In this document: positions 10,188 to 21,831 of the stretch, one piece after another
Position numbering within the stretch: position 1 is the stretch's first letter
How the letters are laid out: each line of letters starts with the position of its first letter
From: Muribaculaceae bacterium
GTDB taxonomy: Bacteria; Bacteroidota; Bacteroidia; Bacteroidales; Muribaculaceae
Length of the DNA: 64,000 nucleotides
Reading direction: 5' to 3'
NCBI GenBank assembly: GCA_017391675.1
Contig: JAFOXR010000043.1
Location: 4,339-68,338, forward strand
The notes under the pieces: model-generated
Seen by the model: only the letters and a program-made list of their open reading frames with translations
Databases searched by the model: none
What the model was told of the DNA's origin: nothing
Made by a program: the position numbers and the translations under genes

Positions 10188-11078
10188 TTATTTTTCAACA
10201 GAGAACAGGCAACTGTTGGCCGATACTTTGTAAGATATGCCTGCTACGCTGCTGCCTTGTGCATTGATAGAGCACACGAACTTCAATTGCAGTACATCAT
10301 CGGCGATTGTGCCTTGTAGCTCGGTTATCGGATAGTTTGGCATTGGAGTTTCAGCTCCAGTGTCACCGATGATGAATGGGGTGAGGCTGTCGTTGCTCAA
10401 GGTAAAGCCGTTTTCGGTAGCGGTAATAGCCACATCTTTGAACAGCATGTTCATGGCTGGCATCTTTATGGCAAATTGAGCCTTATTTACATAAATGTCG
10501 GCAGTAGAAGTCTCCTCATTAACGACTATTTTGCATGTTGTTTCTTCATTGACATATTTGTAGGAGTCGTTAGAACTTTGTTCTACAATGACTTGGCTTT
10601 CCTGGTCAAAAACCAGTGGAGCAGGATATGCAACGATCGAATACTGGTTGTTAAGAATGAATTCAACAAAAGCAACATTCTCGGTTGGCTCTTCTTTAGT
10701 GGTGATTTGTCCAGTGATTTTTGTGAATGTATATTGAGCCATAGCCTCTCCATTTACCTCTGGAACGATGCTTGATGCGTTGATGTTGATACCTTTGTCG
10801 GAATAAGTGAATTCCACATCGTTTATAACGAAAGTGATAGCTGGCATGAATGGGCTGAATTTCACGCCTGAAGCTGTGATGTCCATTGTGCCGTCCACAT
10901 AGTCAATGTCGTAGGTGTATTCTGCAGCATATACTGAAGACGATCCTTTTGATAGGTTGGTAACTTTGTTGCTTTGCTTCAATGTGAACTTCTCATTGAA
11001 TTTTTCGGTGTTTTCATCATCGCAAGAAGCCATGAATATAGCAAGTGCGATGAATGCCAAAAATTTTAGATGTTTCAT
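10188..11078 (-). CDS. Hypothetical lipoprotein co-transcribed with the TonB-dependent receptor
   Basis: 296-aa ORF with a lipoprotein signal peptide and lipobox (LAIFMASC). It lies 30 nt downstream of the receptor gene. I did not recognise a family. Confidence 0.55.
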   Translation of the reverse strand: MKHLKFLAFIALAIFMASCDDENTEKFNEKFTLKQSNKVTNLSKGSSSVYAAEYTYDIDYVDGTMDITASGVKFSPFMPAITFVINDVEFTYSDKGININASSIVPEVNGEAMAQYTFTKITGQITTKEEPTENVAFVEFILNNQYSIVAYPAPLVFDQESQVIVEQSSNDSYKYVNEETTCKIVVNEETSTADIYVNKAQFAIKMPAMNMLFKDVAITATENGFTLSNDSLTPFIIGDTGAETPMPNYPITELQGTIADDVLQLKFVCSINAQGSSVAGISYKVSANSCLFSVEK

Positions 11079-11108
11079 AAAAAAATGAGTTTATAGTTTA
11101 TTATTAAT

Positions 11109-13361
11109 TTAAATTTTTACGCGTATTGTAGCCCCTAGTGTGCGAGGCTTTCCTCTCTGAAGGAACTTGTTGCCGATAGAGACGAAATAGAATGTCTTGA
11201 AATCGGTATCGGTGAGATTCTGTCCCCATAGGTCAAGTGAGCAATTCTTGTTCTCGAAGCGTATCGAAGCGCCTGCTGTAGCATAGAATGCTTGTGAGAT
11301 GGTATTCTCTTCGTCCCAGTAGATTTCTCCCGCACCTCTTGTGCTGGCCGAAATAGTTATGTTTTCAAGCCATTTCAGGTTGGTCGGTATAGAATATGAT
11401 ATACCTGCATATATTGTATTGGCAGGTGAGTATGGAATGTATTTTCCTGCAAAGTTCTGTTTGCCGTTGTTGTAGCTAATGAACTTAGCATTAGTATATC
11501 CGTAGCTGGCATTAAGCATGAGATTTTTAACAGGAGAGTATCTTACAGCCGCTTCTGCTCCGAAACTGCGTGCATGTCCTGCGTTGGTCATTATGCGCCC
11601 GGTAGTGTTCCCGTCGGGGAAACGGGTGAGCTGCTGGTCGTTGCAGTCGATGTAGAATATAGAAGCATCGGCAATTATATTGCTGCTGTTGCTTTCCCAA
11701 TGAATGCCGGCTTCAAAGTTCCAGCTTTGTTCGGGCTTATAGCCTACCACTTCATCTATTTCATAGCTTTTGCTTAGCCCCATAATACCCATAATGCGTT
11801 GTTGCAGAACATCGGAAAACATTTGAGTGTTGAAACCGCCGGCTTTGTAGCCCTTGGCTGCACTTAAGTATGCGCTGGACTGGTTTTGAGCGCCAAAGCT
11901 ATAGGTTACGGATATCTTAGGAAGTATTTGCAAATAGGATTTGCTAAGCTTGTCGGTATCGTTTATTTTTACATCGGTGTGAGAGTAAGTGCTTCCATCA
12001 CTGGCCGAAATGGTGCTGTATCCAGTATCGCAGCTGCTGTGGTAGGTGAGAGCGGTGTGCTCATAGTCAAGTCGTATTCCAGCTGAAAAAGTGAAATTAT
12101 TCAGCTTGTAAGATGACTGATGGTATAGCGCTAGCCCGTAGTTCGGAATCGTGAAACGGCTTGAAAGCAGAAATTCTCTAGTGTCCCATGCAATAGGGTA
12201 GTCGGGAATAGCTTCGTTACGATTTTTCTCAATGAGCTGTTCTATTCCGTAGTCCTTGAATGTAACAGGAGCGTTCATGTCAAGGTGCTTGTAGAACGCA
12301 AAGGCACCGGCTAACCAGTTGTAATTGCTGCTTTCTTTCCCTTTGAAGATGAGGTCCTGTGTTATGGTGTGCTGTTTGCGTGCTTGTGTGAGTGTGAAAT
12401 ATGATAATGGAAGGAAATCCTGGTCTAGCGTCATGTTGTCGTCAATGTACTGAAAACTGGTGATGCTGGACAAGGTGAAAGCAGGTGCAATCCATTTTAT
12501 TGTCAGGCCGTCGTTGAAAGTACTACGGCGGTAAAAACAGGTGTCGTTGTAAGCGATTTCGCCGTTGTCAACCGATTCGTAAGGATATCCGCCTTGTCGC
12601 AATATGGAAAAATAGAAAGTGTTGTCAATGTGTAGGTTGCGTGACGGGCGCCATTGTATCTTGAAGCGTGCGCCACCCTGTTTTTCTTTGTCGCACTTTT
12701 CTCCGTTATGGGTGTTTGTGAACAGTCCGTCAGAGGAATAATAGTGCCCTGTGAGGCTAAGGCCAAGTTTGTCGCTTGGCTTATGATAAACCGATGCCGA
12801 TACTTTGTAGGTATTTCCCGAAGAGTACTCTGCCAGTAGTCTGATTCCCTGAAACTGGAAAGGGGATAGAGTGTAGATGTTGATGAGCCCTCCCATAGTA
12901 TTCCTTCCGAATAGGGTGCTTTGCGGACCTCGCAGAATTTCCATTCGATACACATCGGCAATGTCAAAGTCGTAATTGTTCTTGTCCATGACAGGAATGT
13001 TGTCGATGTTCATGCCTATTACAGGCTGGTCTATTCGTGTGCCCATTCCTCTTACATATATCGACGAGGTTATGCGAGAGCCATAGTCGGGCATGTACAC
13101 ATTGGGTGCAATCTCGCTTATGCTTTTAGCTGCCGACACATTCAGCCTTTCGGCATCTTTGGCATTCAGCTTTGTGGCAGCAGTGGCATGAGTGTCAAAA
13201 CTTTGCTTGATTGAGGTTACTGTGATCTCCTCAAGGGAAAGAATCGTGTCGCTTTGAGAAACGGTGAAATCATTGGCACACAACAAGCTGCTGATGTTTA
13301 AAAAACTCAGTAGCAAGATGAAAGTGAAAACACGATGATTATAATAGCGGCATCTTCTCAT
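11109..13361 (-). CDS. TonB-dependent outer-membrane receptor (non-SusC type)
   Basis: The ORF track extends to 13436. I place the start at MRRCRYYNHRVFTFILLLSFLNISSLLCA (13361) because this gives a signal peptide and sits just downstream of a -7 box. Plug-domain TonB-box region EEITVTSIK, RGPQSTLFGRNTMGGLINIYT, and a beta-barrel body ending in a C-terminal aromatic-rich strand. Confidence 0.88.
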   Translation of the reverse strand: MRRCRYYNHRVFTFILLLSFLNISSLLCANDFTVSQSDTILSLEEITVTSIKQSFDTHATAATKLNAKDAERLNVSAAKSISEIAPNVYMPDYGSRITSSIYVRGMGTRIDQPVIGMNIDNIPVMDKNNYDFDIADVYRMEILRGPQSTLFGRNTMGGLINIYTLSPFQFQGIRLLAEYSSGNTYKVSASVYHKPSDKLGLSLTGHYYSSDGLFTNTHNGEKCDKEKQGGARFKIQWRPSRNLHIDNTFYFSILRQGGYPYESVDNGEIAYNDTCFYRRSTFNDGLTIKWIAPAFTLSSITSFQYIDDNMTLDQDFLPLSYFTLTQARKQHTITQDLIFKGKESSNYNWLAGAFAFYKHLDMNAPVTFKDYGIEQLIEKNRNEAIPDYPIAWDTREFLLSSRFTIPNYGLALYHQSSYKLNNFTFSAGIRLDYEHTALTYHSSCDTGYSTISASDGSTYSHTDVKINDTDKLSKSYLQILPKISVTYSFGAQNQSSAYLSAAKGYKAGGFNTQMFSDVLQQRIMGIMGLSKSYEIDEVVGYKPEQSWNFEAGIHWESNSSNIIADASIFYIDCNDQQLTRFPDGNTTGRIMTNAGHARSFGAEAAVRYSPVKNLMLNASYGYTNAKFISYNNGKQNFAGKYIPYSPANTIYAGISYSIPTNLKWLENITISASTRGAGEIYWDEENTISQAFYATAGASIRFENKNCSLDLWGQNLTDTDFKTFYFVSIGNKFLQRGKPRTLGATIRVKI

Positions 13362-13370
13362 AATTCGGTG

Positions 13371-13378
13371 CAAAGTTA
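13371..13378 (-). promoter_or_regulatory. Bacteroidetes -7 promoter box TAACTTTG for the TonB-dependent receptor
   Basis: Reverse complement of caaagtta. It matches TAnnTTTG exactly and lies about 10 nt upstream of the proposed ATG. Confidence 0.55.
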
Positions 13379-13533
13379 CGATATAAAAAAACAAACTGCA
13401 ATCACTATATGTAGTGAAATAAACGGCCAAGGGCATGAGTGCTTTTTTTGAGACTGCTGTTGAAAGTCTAAATTTTTGAAAAAAAAGACGATAATTAATG
13501 AAATGGAAATTAGTTTAAATAGAAAAGAATCAT

Positions 13534-13541
13534 TATCTTTG
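13534..13541 (+). promoter_or_regulatory. Bacteroidetes -7 promoter box TATCTTTG at the head of the nuoA leader
   Basis: Exact TAnnTTTG match on the plus strand, about 270 nt upstream of the nuoA ATG. I found no other TTTG-type box between it and nuoA. Confidence 0.5.
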
Positions 13542-13725
13542 CACAATGAAAATAAGGCTGTGCAAGTGTTGTGCAGGAATGATGATAACTATTGCCATGT
13601 CTTATTAATTAAGTACTTAATTTGAAATATATGTATTTGATGTGTAATGTAAATATTACAAAGGGCTTAGCGTGTGCAGTTTTGTGTACGCCTGTTTTTG
13701 TCTTTACACATGAAATGCTTTGAGG

Positions 13726-13776
13726 GTGAGTCTTGGCTCTGCGGTATGCAGAAGCGCGGGACTCATTAATTTTTTT
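13726..13776 (+). terminator. Terminator-like extended hairpin plus U-tract immediately upstream of nuoA (candidate attenuator or sRNA 3' end)
   Basis: Outer stem gtgagtc / gactcat, inner stem gctctgc / gcaga(a)gc with a 5-nt loop, then taattttttt. There is no upstream plus-strand gene that it could terminate. Confidence 0.5.
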
Positions 13777-13809
13777 AGTGATAAATATAAATTGGTTTAA
13801 TAATATTTT

Positions 13810-14178
13810 ATGGAGTTATTAAGTATTCAGAGTACGACGCTAATGGTAACTGCATTGCTTACAGGTATAGGACTTGTGGCAGCTGCTCTTATCATAGCTA
13901 AGTTGATATCGCCTAAGTCTTACTCTCCGCTAAAGGGAAAGTCTTATGAGTGCGGTGTTCCTACGAGAGGTGAAAGTATGATGCAGTTCAAGGTGGGTTA
14001 CTACTTGTTCGCAATCCTTTTCTTGATGTTTGATGTGGAAACTGTATTTTTGTTCCCATGGGCAGTAGTGTGCAAGACATTGGGAACTGCAGGCCTTGTT
14101 AGCGTGGGAATATTCTTGGCAGTATTAATTTTGGGCTTGGCATATGCTTGGCGGAAAGGAGCTTTGGAATGGAAATAA
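13810..14178 (+). CDS. nuoA: NADH-quinone oxidoreductase subunit A
   Basis: 122-aa three-TM protein with the conserved YECG.P and FDVE..FLFPWA motifs. Confidence 0.93.
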   Translation: MELLSIQSTTLMVTALLTGIGLVAAALIIAKLISPKSYSPLKGKSYECGVPTRGESMMQFKVGYYLFAILFLMFDVETVFLFPWAVVCKTLGTAGLVSVGIFLAVLILGLAYAWRKGALEWK

Positions 14179-14780
14179 AGATAAAGAGCATGAAGCGCGA
14201 CGATTGGAAGGATAATGAATATATCGACCAATTGGTAGAAGAACTTAATGCAAGTGGCGCTAATGTCGTAGTAGGTACGCTAGACAAACTTATAAACTGG
14301 GGTCGCGCAAACTCATTGTGGCCATTGTGTTTCGGTACCAGCTGTTGTGCTATTGAATTCATGCATTTGGGCGCAGCTCGTCATGATATGGCTCGTTTTG
14401 GTTTTGAGGTAACACGAAACTCTCCTCGTCAAGCCGACCTTCTTATGGTGAACGGAACAATCACATATCGTATGGCTCCAGTGCTTATGCGTCTGTACGA
14501 ACAAATGGCTGAACCTAAATATGTGATAGCTACTGGTAGCTGTAACATTTCAGGCGGTCCATTCATTGGTTCACACTGCGTAGTTCAAGGTTTGGATAAA
14601 TTGCTGCCTGTTGATGTGTGGATTCCAGGTTGTCCTCCAAGACCAGAGGCTATGTATTACGGAATGATGCAGCTTCAACGCAAAATCATGACTCAAAAGT
14701 ATTTTGGAGGCGTGAACCGTCAAGAAAAATTGAAGGATTTCTTGGCAGAGCATCCTGAAGAAGCTGAAGGATTGAAGTAA
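14169..14780 (+). CDS. nuoB: NADH-quinone oxidoreductase subunit B
   Basis: N2 cluster ligand motifs are present: GTSCCAIEF and GSCNISGGPF..., then PGCPPRPE. I chose the start at MEIKIKS, which overlaps the nuoA stop. The ORF track start at 14148 and the ATG at 14190 are alternatives. Confidence 0.9.
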   Translation: MEIKIKSMKRDDWKDNEYIDQLVEELNASGANVVVGTLDKLINWGRANSLWPLCFGTSCCAIEFMHLGAARHDMARFGFEVTRNSPRQADLLMVNGTITYRMAPVLMRLYEQMAEPKYVIATGSCNISGGPFIGSHCVVQGLDKLLPVDVWIPGCPPRPEAMYYGMMQLQRKIMTQKYFGGVNRQEKLKDFLAEHPEEAEGLK

Positions 14781-14845
14781 ATTCGGCAGTCAGAAACAGA
14801 GAGGAGAAACTTATAATAACGAAAATAGTTACACATATATATAAT

Positions 14846-16480
14846 ATGGTGAATTTACAAGAAAAAATCGCAAGCCTATGTCCATCGGCAACATTTGAAG
14901 AGGGCGAATACCTTCTAGTAAATGTGGCAGATAAAGAATGGCACTCTTTGGCTGAAAGTCTGAAGAAGGAATTAGGCTTCGACTACTTAGTGTCGGTAAC
15001 CGGAGTTGATTGGAATGAATCACTTGGCTGTATGTATTATTTGACAAACACCGAAACTAACGAAAAGGTGAGTGTGAAAGTGGCAACAACCGATCGTGAA
15101 AACCCAATGCTTCATAGCGTGAGCGACTTGTGGAAAGTGGCTTTGATTCAAGAGCGTGAAGTATATGACTTCTTCGGTATCGTGTTTATTGGACATCCTG
15201 ATATGCGTCGTCTTTTCATGCGTACCGATTGGGTGGGATATCCGTTAAGAAAGGATTATGATGCCAATCCTGAACTGAATCCTATTCGTCTTGATGCTGA
15301 AGAAAATGAAGATGACAGCTTCGTGGTAACCGAAGATGAAAACGGAAAATTGACTAAGACTGATTATAAGATATTCAGTGAAAACGACTATGTCGTAAAC
15401 TTTGGCCCTCAACACCCATCTACACACGGTGTGATGCGTTTGCGTAGCGCAGTAGATGGTGAAACAATCACAAAGGTTGTGCCAGTGTGCGGTTATATCC
15501 ACCGCGGTATAGAGAAATTGTGTGAAGGAAAAACTTATCCTCAAACACTCTTCTTCACCGACCGTATGGATTATATGAGCTCTTGCCAGAACCGTCACTG
15601 CTTGTGCTTGTGTATTGAAAAGGCACTAGGCCTAGAAGTTCCTCGTCGTGCTCAGATTATCCGCGTAATGTTTGACGAGTTGATGCGTATCGGTTCACAT
15701 ATTCTAGCTTATGGATGTATGGCTATGGATATGGGTGCAACTACCGCATTCGTTTATGGTTTCCGTGAACGAGAACAATTGATGGATATCTTTGAAAAGA
15801 CAACAGGTGGCCGTATGTCTCAACACTATCATGTGATAGGTGGTGTGGCTGCCGATGTTCACCCTGATTTCATAAAAGATGTGCGTGAATTCTGTGCAAT
15901 CCTGCCTAGCAAAGTGAAGGAATACCACACATTGGTTACTGGCAATGTGATTTTCAAGAACAGAACTATAGGTGTGGGTGTGATAGGCAAGGAAGATGTG
16001 ATAAGCTATGGTACTAGCGGACCTAATGGCCGTGCTTCAGGCTGGTCATGCGATGTGCGTAAGCGTGCACCTTATGCAATCTATAATGAATTGAACTTCG
16101 ATGAAGTAATTTACAACGAAGGCGATAGCTTTGCCCGTTATATGGTGAGAATGGACGAAGTGATGCAAAGCGTGAAGTTGCTGGAACAGCTATGCGACAT
16201 GCTTGAAAAAGAAGAAGGTAACGAATATATCGCACCAAAGGTGCCAAAGATTATTAAGTTGCCTGCAGGTCACTGGTTCCAGGAAGTTGAAGCTAGCCGT
16301 GGCGCATTTGGCGTATATATCGAGAGTGACGGTGGAAAGAATCCATACCGCATGCACTTCAATAGCCCTGGTTTGAACCATGTGGCAGCAGTGGATAAGT
16401 GTTGTGCAGGCTATAAGATTGCCGACTTGATAACAATCTCGGCTTCTTTGGACTATGTAATTCCTGATATCGACCGATAA
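14846..16480 (+). CDS. nuoCD: NADH-quinone oxidoreductase fused subunits C/D
   Basis: 544 aa. The N-terminal NuoC-like part contains EREVYDFFGI.F.GHPD.RRL. The C-terminal NuoD part contains NFGPQHPSTHGV.RL and ends in DIDR. Confidence 0.93.
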   Translation: MVNLQEKIASLCPSATFEEGEYLLVNVADKEWHSLAESLKKELGFDYLVSVTGVDWNESLGCMYYLTNTETNEKVSVKVATTDRENPMLHSVSDLWKVALIQEREVYDFFGIVFIGHPDMRRLFMRTDWVGYPLRKDYDANPELNPIRLDAEENEDDSFVVTEDENGKLTKTDYKIFSENDYVVNFGPQHPSTHGVMRLRSAVDGETITKVVPVCGYIHRGIEKLCEGKTYPQTLFFTDRMDYMSSCQNRHCLCLCIEKALGLEVPRRAQIIRVMFDELMRIGSHILAYGCMAMDMGATTAFVYGFREREQLMDIFEKTTGGRMSQHYHVIGGVAADVHPDFIKDVREFCAILPSKVKEYHTLVTGNVIFKNRTIGVGVIGKEDVISYGTSGPNGRASGWSCDVRKRAPYAIYNELNFDEVIYNEGDSFARYMVRMDEVMQSVKLLEQLCDMLEKEEGNEYIAPKVPKIIKLPAGHWFQEVEASRGAFGVYIESDGGKNPYRMHFNSPGLNHVAAVDKCCAGYKIADLITISASLDYVIPDIDR

Positions 16481-16520
16481 AATAAACAAAGAATAGTAAT
16501 TTAAAGAACAAATAACAGAT

Positions 16521-17597
16521 ATGTTTGATTTCAGTATAGTTACAGGTTGGCTGCATAATTGGCTTCTTGGCTTCATGCCAGAATGGCTAACTACGACCGT
16601 AGAGTGCGTGTTGATAGGTGTACTTATGATTGTGGCCTACGCTGTATTGGCGATGGTGTATATATTTTATGAACGCAAGTTGTGTGCATGGATGCAATGC
16701 CGTCTAGGTCCTACTCGTGTAGGTCCTTGGGGTTTGTTCCAGCTGTTTGCCGATGTGTTCAAAATGCTTATTAAGGAAATTATCCGTCTTGAAAACATTG
16801 ACCGTTTCCTATTTGCTCTTGCCCCATATCTAGTAATCGTGGCTTCAATGCTTACATTTGCATGCTTGCCATGGGGTAACGGATTGCAAATCATAGATTT
16901 CAATATTGGAGTATTCTTCATGGTTGCGGCATCTTCAATAGGTGTGCTAGGTATTTTGCTTGCAGGTTGGTCAAGTAACAATAAGTATACACTTATCGGT
17001 GCGATGCGAAGCGGCGCGCAAATGGTAAGTTATGAACTTTCTGTAGGCTTGTCAATCCTTACTATCGTAGTATTGGCAGGAACAATGTCAATAACTGAAT
17101 TGGTTGAAGCTCAAAGCGATGGCTGGTTCTTGTTCAAGGGACACATTCCAGCATTCATTGCTTTTGTGATATATTTGATTGCAGCAAATGCAGAAACAAA
17201 CCGTGGTCCATTCGATATGCCTGAAGCAGAGCATGAGCTTACTGCAGGATATCACACCGAATATTCGGGTATGCACTTCGGATTCTTCTATTTGGCTGAA
17301 TATTTGAACTTGTTCATCGTTTCAGGAATTGCTTCATTGCTGTTCTTGGGAGGCTGGATGCCATTGCATGTTCCTGGCTGGGACGGTTTCAACGCAGTTA
17401 TGGATTACATTCCATCAATTGTATGGTTCATAGGTAAGGCATTGTTTGTGACATTCCTTTTGATGTGGTTCCGTTGGTCTTATCCACGCGTGCGTATTGA
17501 CCAAATGTTAAAATTGGAATGGAAATACTTGATGCCAATAGGTCTATTCAACCTTATCCTGATGACATTGGTTGTAATGTATGACTTGCATTTCTAA
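16521..17597 (+). CDS. nuoH: NADH-quinone oxidoreductase subunit H
   Basis: 358-aa polytopic protein. Motifs ERK..AWMQ.R.GP.RVGPWGL.Q..AD..K, and [22 protein letters not shown]. Confidence 0.93.
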   Translation: MFDFSIVTGWLHNWLLGFMPEWLTTTVECVLIGVLMIVAYAVLAMVYIFYERKLCAWMQCRLGPTRVGPWGLFQLFADVFKMLIKEIIRLENIDRFLFALAPYLVIVASMLTFACLPWGNGLQIIDFNIGVFFMVAASSIGVLGILLAGWSSNNKYTLIGAMRSGAQMVSYELSVGLSILTIVVLAGTMSITELVEAQSDGWFLFKGHIPAFIAFVIYLIAANAETNRGPFDMPEAEHELTAGYHTEYSGMHFGFFYLAEYLNLFIVSGIASLLFLGGWMPLHVPGWDGFNAVMDYIPSIVWFIGKALFVTFLLMWFRWSYPRVRIDQMLKLEWKYLMPIGLFNLILMTLVVMYDLHF

Positions 17598-17625
17598 TTT
17601 ATAGAGAAATAAAACAATATTATAA

Positions 17626-19146
<1,521 letters not shown>

Positions 19147-19165
19147 TAAATTATTATAACGAGAT

Positions 19166-19399
19166 ATGACACTGAATATAATATCGGCTGAACAGGTGGA
19201 ATTTACCGGGACTGTGACAAAAGTGACACTTCCTGGTGCTCAAGGATTGTTTACAGTGCTTGAGAATCACGCGGCCTTGATTGCATCTCTAGTTGCCGGA
19301 AAACTGGTCTATACACAGGACGGCAATGATGTGACAATGGAAATTAAAGGCGGTATTGCCGATGTAAACCATAATGTAGTGTCGGTGTGTCTGTATTAA
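19166..19399 (+). CDS. atpC: F1 ATP synthase subunit epsilon (short form, beta-sandwich only)
   Basis: 77-aa ORF directly after atpD. The N-terminal pattern (LNIIS.E...F.G.V..V.LPG..G.F.VL..H) is typical of the epsilon N-domain. No C-terminal helical hairpin is encoded. Confidence 0.8.
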   Translation: MTLNIISAEQVEFTGTVTKVTLPGAQGLFTVLENHAALIASLVAGKLVYTQDGNDVTMEIKGGIADVNHNVVSVCLY

Positions 19400-19410
19400 T
19401 TCCGTGAGAT

Positions 19411-20466
19411 ATGAAGAAAGTTCTTTCCATATTATTGACTCTGATGATGGCGCTGTCGGTTGCACCGTTTGCGGCTCAGGCAAGTGACCATTCATCGGGA
19501 GTAGAAGATCCCAAGGGTATTATTTTTGAACACTTGGGAGATACCTATGGCTGGGCGGCTCCGTTCTCTCACAGCACCTACATTCCATTGCCTATTATAG
19601 TGCGCGACTGCAATGGCGACTGGCATGTGTTCAGTTCGGCTCGTGTTGAGCATGGCGCTACTTATGACGGATTTAAGATTTCCAGTGAAGGAGAGTATAA
19701 AGGCAAACTGGTAGGGACCGATGCTAATGGCGCAGAGTATCGTCCATTGGACATATCTATCACTAAGAATGTAGCAGCATTATTCATTTCGGCTTTGGTT
19801 GTAGTGCTATGTGTAATGAGCATATACCGATGGTATAAGAAGAACCCGTTGAAAGCTCCGCGCAAAGGTACTGCGTTCCTTGAACTGATAGTGGAATTTG
19901 TGTACAGCAGTGTAGTGCGTCCAACTTTGGGAAAGAATGCCAAGAAGTTTGGCCCTTATCTGCTCACTGTATTCTTCTTGATATTGATAATGAACTTGCT
20001 AGGCTTGATAGTGATATTCCCTGGAGGAGCCAATCTTACAGGTAATATAGCTGTGACTCTGGTTCTTGCATTGTTCACATTCTTCATTACCAATGTGTTC
20101 GGAACAAAACACTATTGGAAAGAAGTGTTCTGGCCAGATGTGCCATTGTGGTTGAAGTTCCCACTGCCAATCATGCCAATGATTGAGCTGTTTGGTCTTT
20201 TCACAAAGCCTGCTGCGCTTACTATCCGTTTGTTTGCCAACATGATGGGCGGACACATCATAGTGCTTGTATTGACATTGTTGATTTTCATCTTCGGTGC
20301 ATTTGGTGCCGCTGCTATGGGAGTGACAACAGTCGTATCGGTAGCATTCTCATTGTTCATGCTGTTGCTTGATACACTAGTGAGCTTTATTCAGGCATTC
20401 GTGTTCACAATGCTGTCGGCATTATTTATTTCTATGGCACAAGAAGGTCATGGAGAAGAAATTTAA
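19411..20466 (+). CDS. atpB: Fo ATP synthase subunit a with N-terminal signal peptide and extra-membrane extension
   Basis: 351 aa. The C-terminal part carries the a-subunit signature with the essential Arg (LTIRLFANMMGGH). The N-terminal 120 aa or so comprise a signal peptide (MKKVLSILLTLMMALSVAPFAAQA) plus a soluble segment. Confidence 0.9.
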   Translation: MKKVLSILLTLMMALSVAPFAAQASDHSSGVEDPKGIIFEHLGDTYGWAAPFSHSTYIPLPIIVRDCNGDWHVFSSARVEHGATYDGFKISSEGEYKGKLVGTDANGAEYRPLDISITKNVAALFISALVVVLCVMSIYRWYKKNPLKAPRKGTAFLELIVEFVYSSVVRPTLGKNAKKFGPYLLTVFFLILIMNLLGLIVIFPGGANLTGNIAVTLVLALFTFFITNVFGTKHYWKEVFWPDVPLWLKFPLPIMPMIELFGLFTKPAALTIRLFANMMGGHIIVLVLTLLIFIFGAFGAAAMGVTTVVSVAFSLFMLLLDTLVSFIQAFVFTMLSALFISMAQEGHGEEI

Positions 20467-20493
20467 TTGAAAATAAAATAAACAAAATATTAA

Positions 20494-20775
<282 letters not shown>

Positions 20776-20785
20776 ATAAGATAGA

Positions 20786-21283
20786 ATGGAACTGTTCTCG
20801 CCTGATTTCGGCTTGATATTCTGGATGTTTCTTACAGTACTTCTTCTTGTTGTGCTGTTGGGTAAATTCGCGTGGCCATTTATCGTGAAGACTCTTGAAG
20901 AAAGAGCCGACTTGATCGATAAAGGCGTTGAGTATGCCCAAGACGCAAAGGAACAGTTGGAGAATGCTCAGAAAGAAGCAGCCAAATATGTAACCGAAGC
21001 ACAGAAACAGCAAGCTGAAATCTTGCGCGAAGCTGCCAAGATGAAAACTCAGATTATTGAGGAAGCAAAAGAAGCGGCAGCTGTTGAGGCTAAGAAGGTA
21101 ATGGACGCTGCAAAGCTGTCTATCGAGCAAGCGCGCAAGGAATCGGAGATGCAATTCCGCAGTGAGGTGAGCCAATTTGCATTGCAGATTGCCGAAAAGG
21201 TAGTTCGCAAGGATTTGGCTGACGATAAGTCACAAGCCGAGCTTGTGGATAAATTGTTGAATGAGGTTGAGACTAAAAACTAG
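20786..21283 (+). CDS. atpF: Fo ATP synthase subunit b
   Basis: 165 aa with one N-terminal TM helix, then a long charged coiled-coil rich in A, E, K and Q. Its operon position is between atpE and atpH. Confidence 0.88.
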   Translation: MELFSPDFGLIFWMFLTVLLLVVLLGKFAWPFIVKTLEERADLIDKGVEYAQDAKEQLENAQKEAAKYVTEAQKQQAEILREAAKMKTQIIEEAKEAAAVEAKKVMDAAKLSIEQARKESEMQFRSEVSQFALQIAEKVVRKDLADDKSQAELVDKLLNEVETKN

Positions 21284-21288
21284 TAGTT

Positions 21289-21831
21289 ATGAATGACGGA
21301 CTTATTCCAAATCGGTATGCGAAAGCGCTTTATAAGTATGCGCAGGAATTAGGAATGGCGCAGGCGGTTTATGCTCAAATGAAGCAGCTGTCGGCAAATT
21401 ATGCTCTGTTGCCCGAATTGAAAAAGGCAGTAGACAATCCATTCTTGCCTGTAGCCGATAGGGAAAAAGTGCTTTTGTCGGCATCTGGTGCTGAAAAGGA
21501 CAGTTGTCTTGACAAATTCATATTGATGGTGATTAAGAACAACCGTGAATGCTTTATGCGCGAAATATCGTTGGCTTATGGCAAAATATACCGTGAGGCC
21601 AATAATATAGCGCAGGTGAATATCACTACGGCAGTAGAACTGCCTAATGATAAGCTATCGCAAATAGTAGAAGTGATACAGGCACAGCTTAACGGCAAAA
21701 CCGTAGAAGAAACGGTAACAGTGGATTCGTCGCTGATAGGCGGATTCAAGGTGCAGGTGGATTCAATGGTGCTTGATACTTCGATCAGTAATGAATTAAA
21801 GAAATTGCGTTTAAAACTCTTAAAGAGATGA
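21289..21831 (+). CDS. atpH: F1 ATP synthase subunit delta (OSCP)
   Basis: 180 aa. N-terminal RYAKALY motif and C-terminal GGF.V.VD..V.D.S....L..L, typical of delta/OSCP. Confidence 0.88.
   Translation: MNDGLIPNRYAKALYKYAQELGMAQAVYAQMKQLSANYALLPELKKAVDNPFLPVADREKVLLSASGAEKDSCLDKFILMVIKNNRECFMREISLAYGKIYREANNIAQVNITTAVELPNDKLSQIVEVIQAQLNGKTVEETVTVDSSLIGGFKVQVDSMVLDTSISNELKKLRLKLLKR

Noticed and set aside
13362-13436. 5' extensions offered by the ORF track: TBDR to 13436, nqrA to 61171, murK to 46092, Trx-like to 47966, nuoI to 24380, TPR to 53311.
   Set aside because: The extensions lack signal peptides, would overlap upstream genes or promoter boxes, or use TTG/GTG codons. Internal ATG starts give canonical N-termini.
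13546-13608. 20-codon sORF MKIRLCKCCAGMMITIAMSY in the nuoA leader, possibly a Cys-rich leader peptide.
   Set aside because: Its ATG lies about 5 nt after the -7 box, at or before the expected TSS, so it may not be on the transcript with a usable 5' end. There is no supporting conservation. It is retained only as part of the leader finding.
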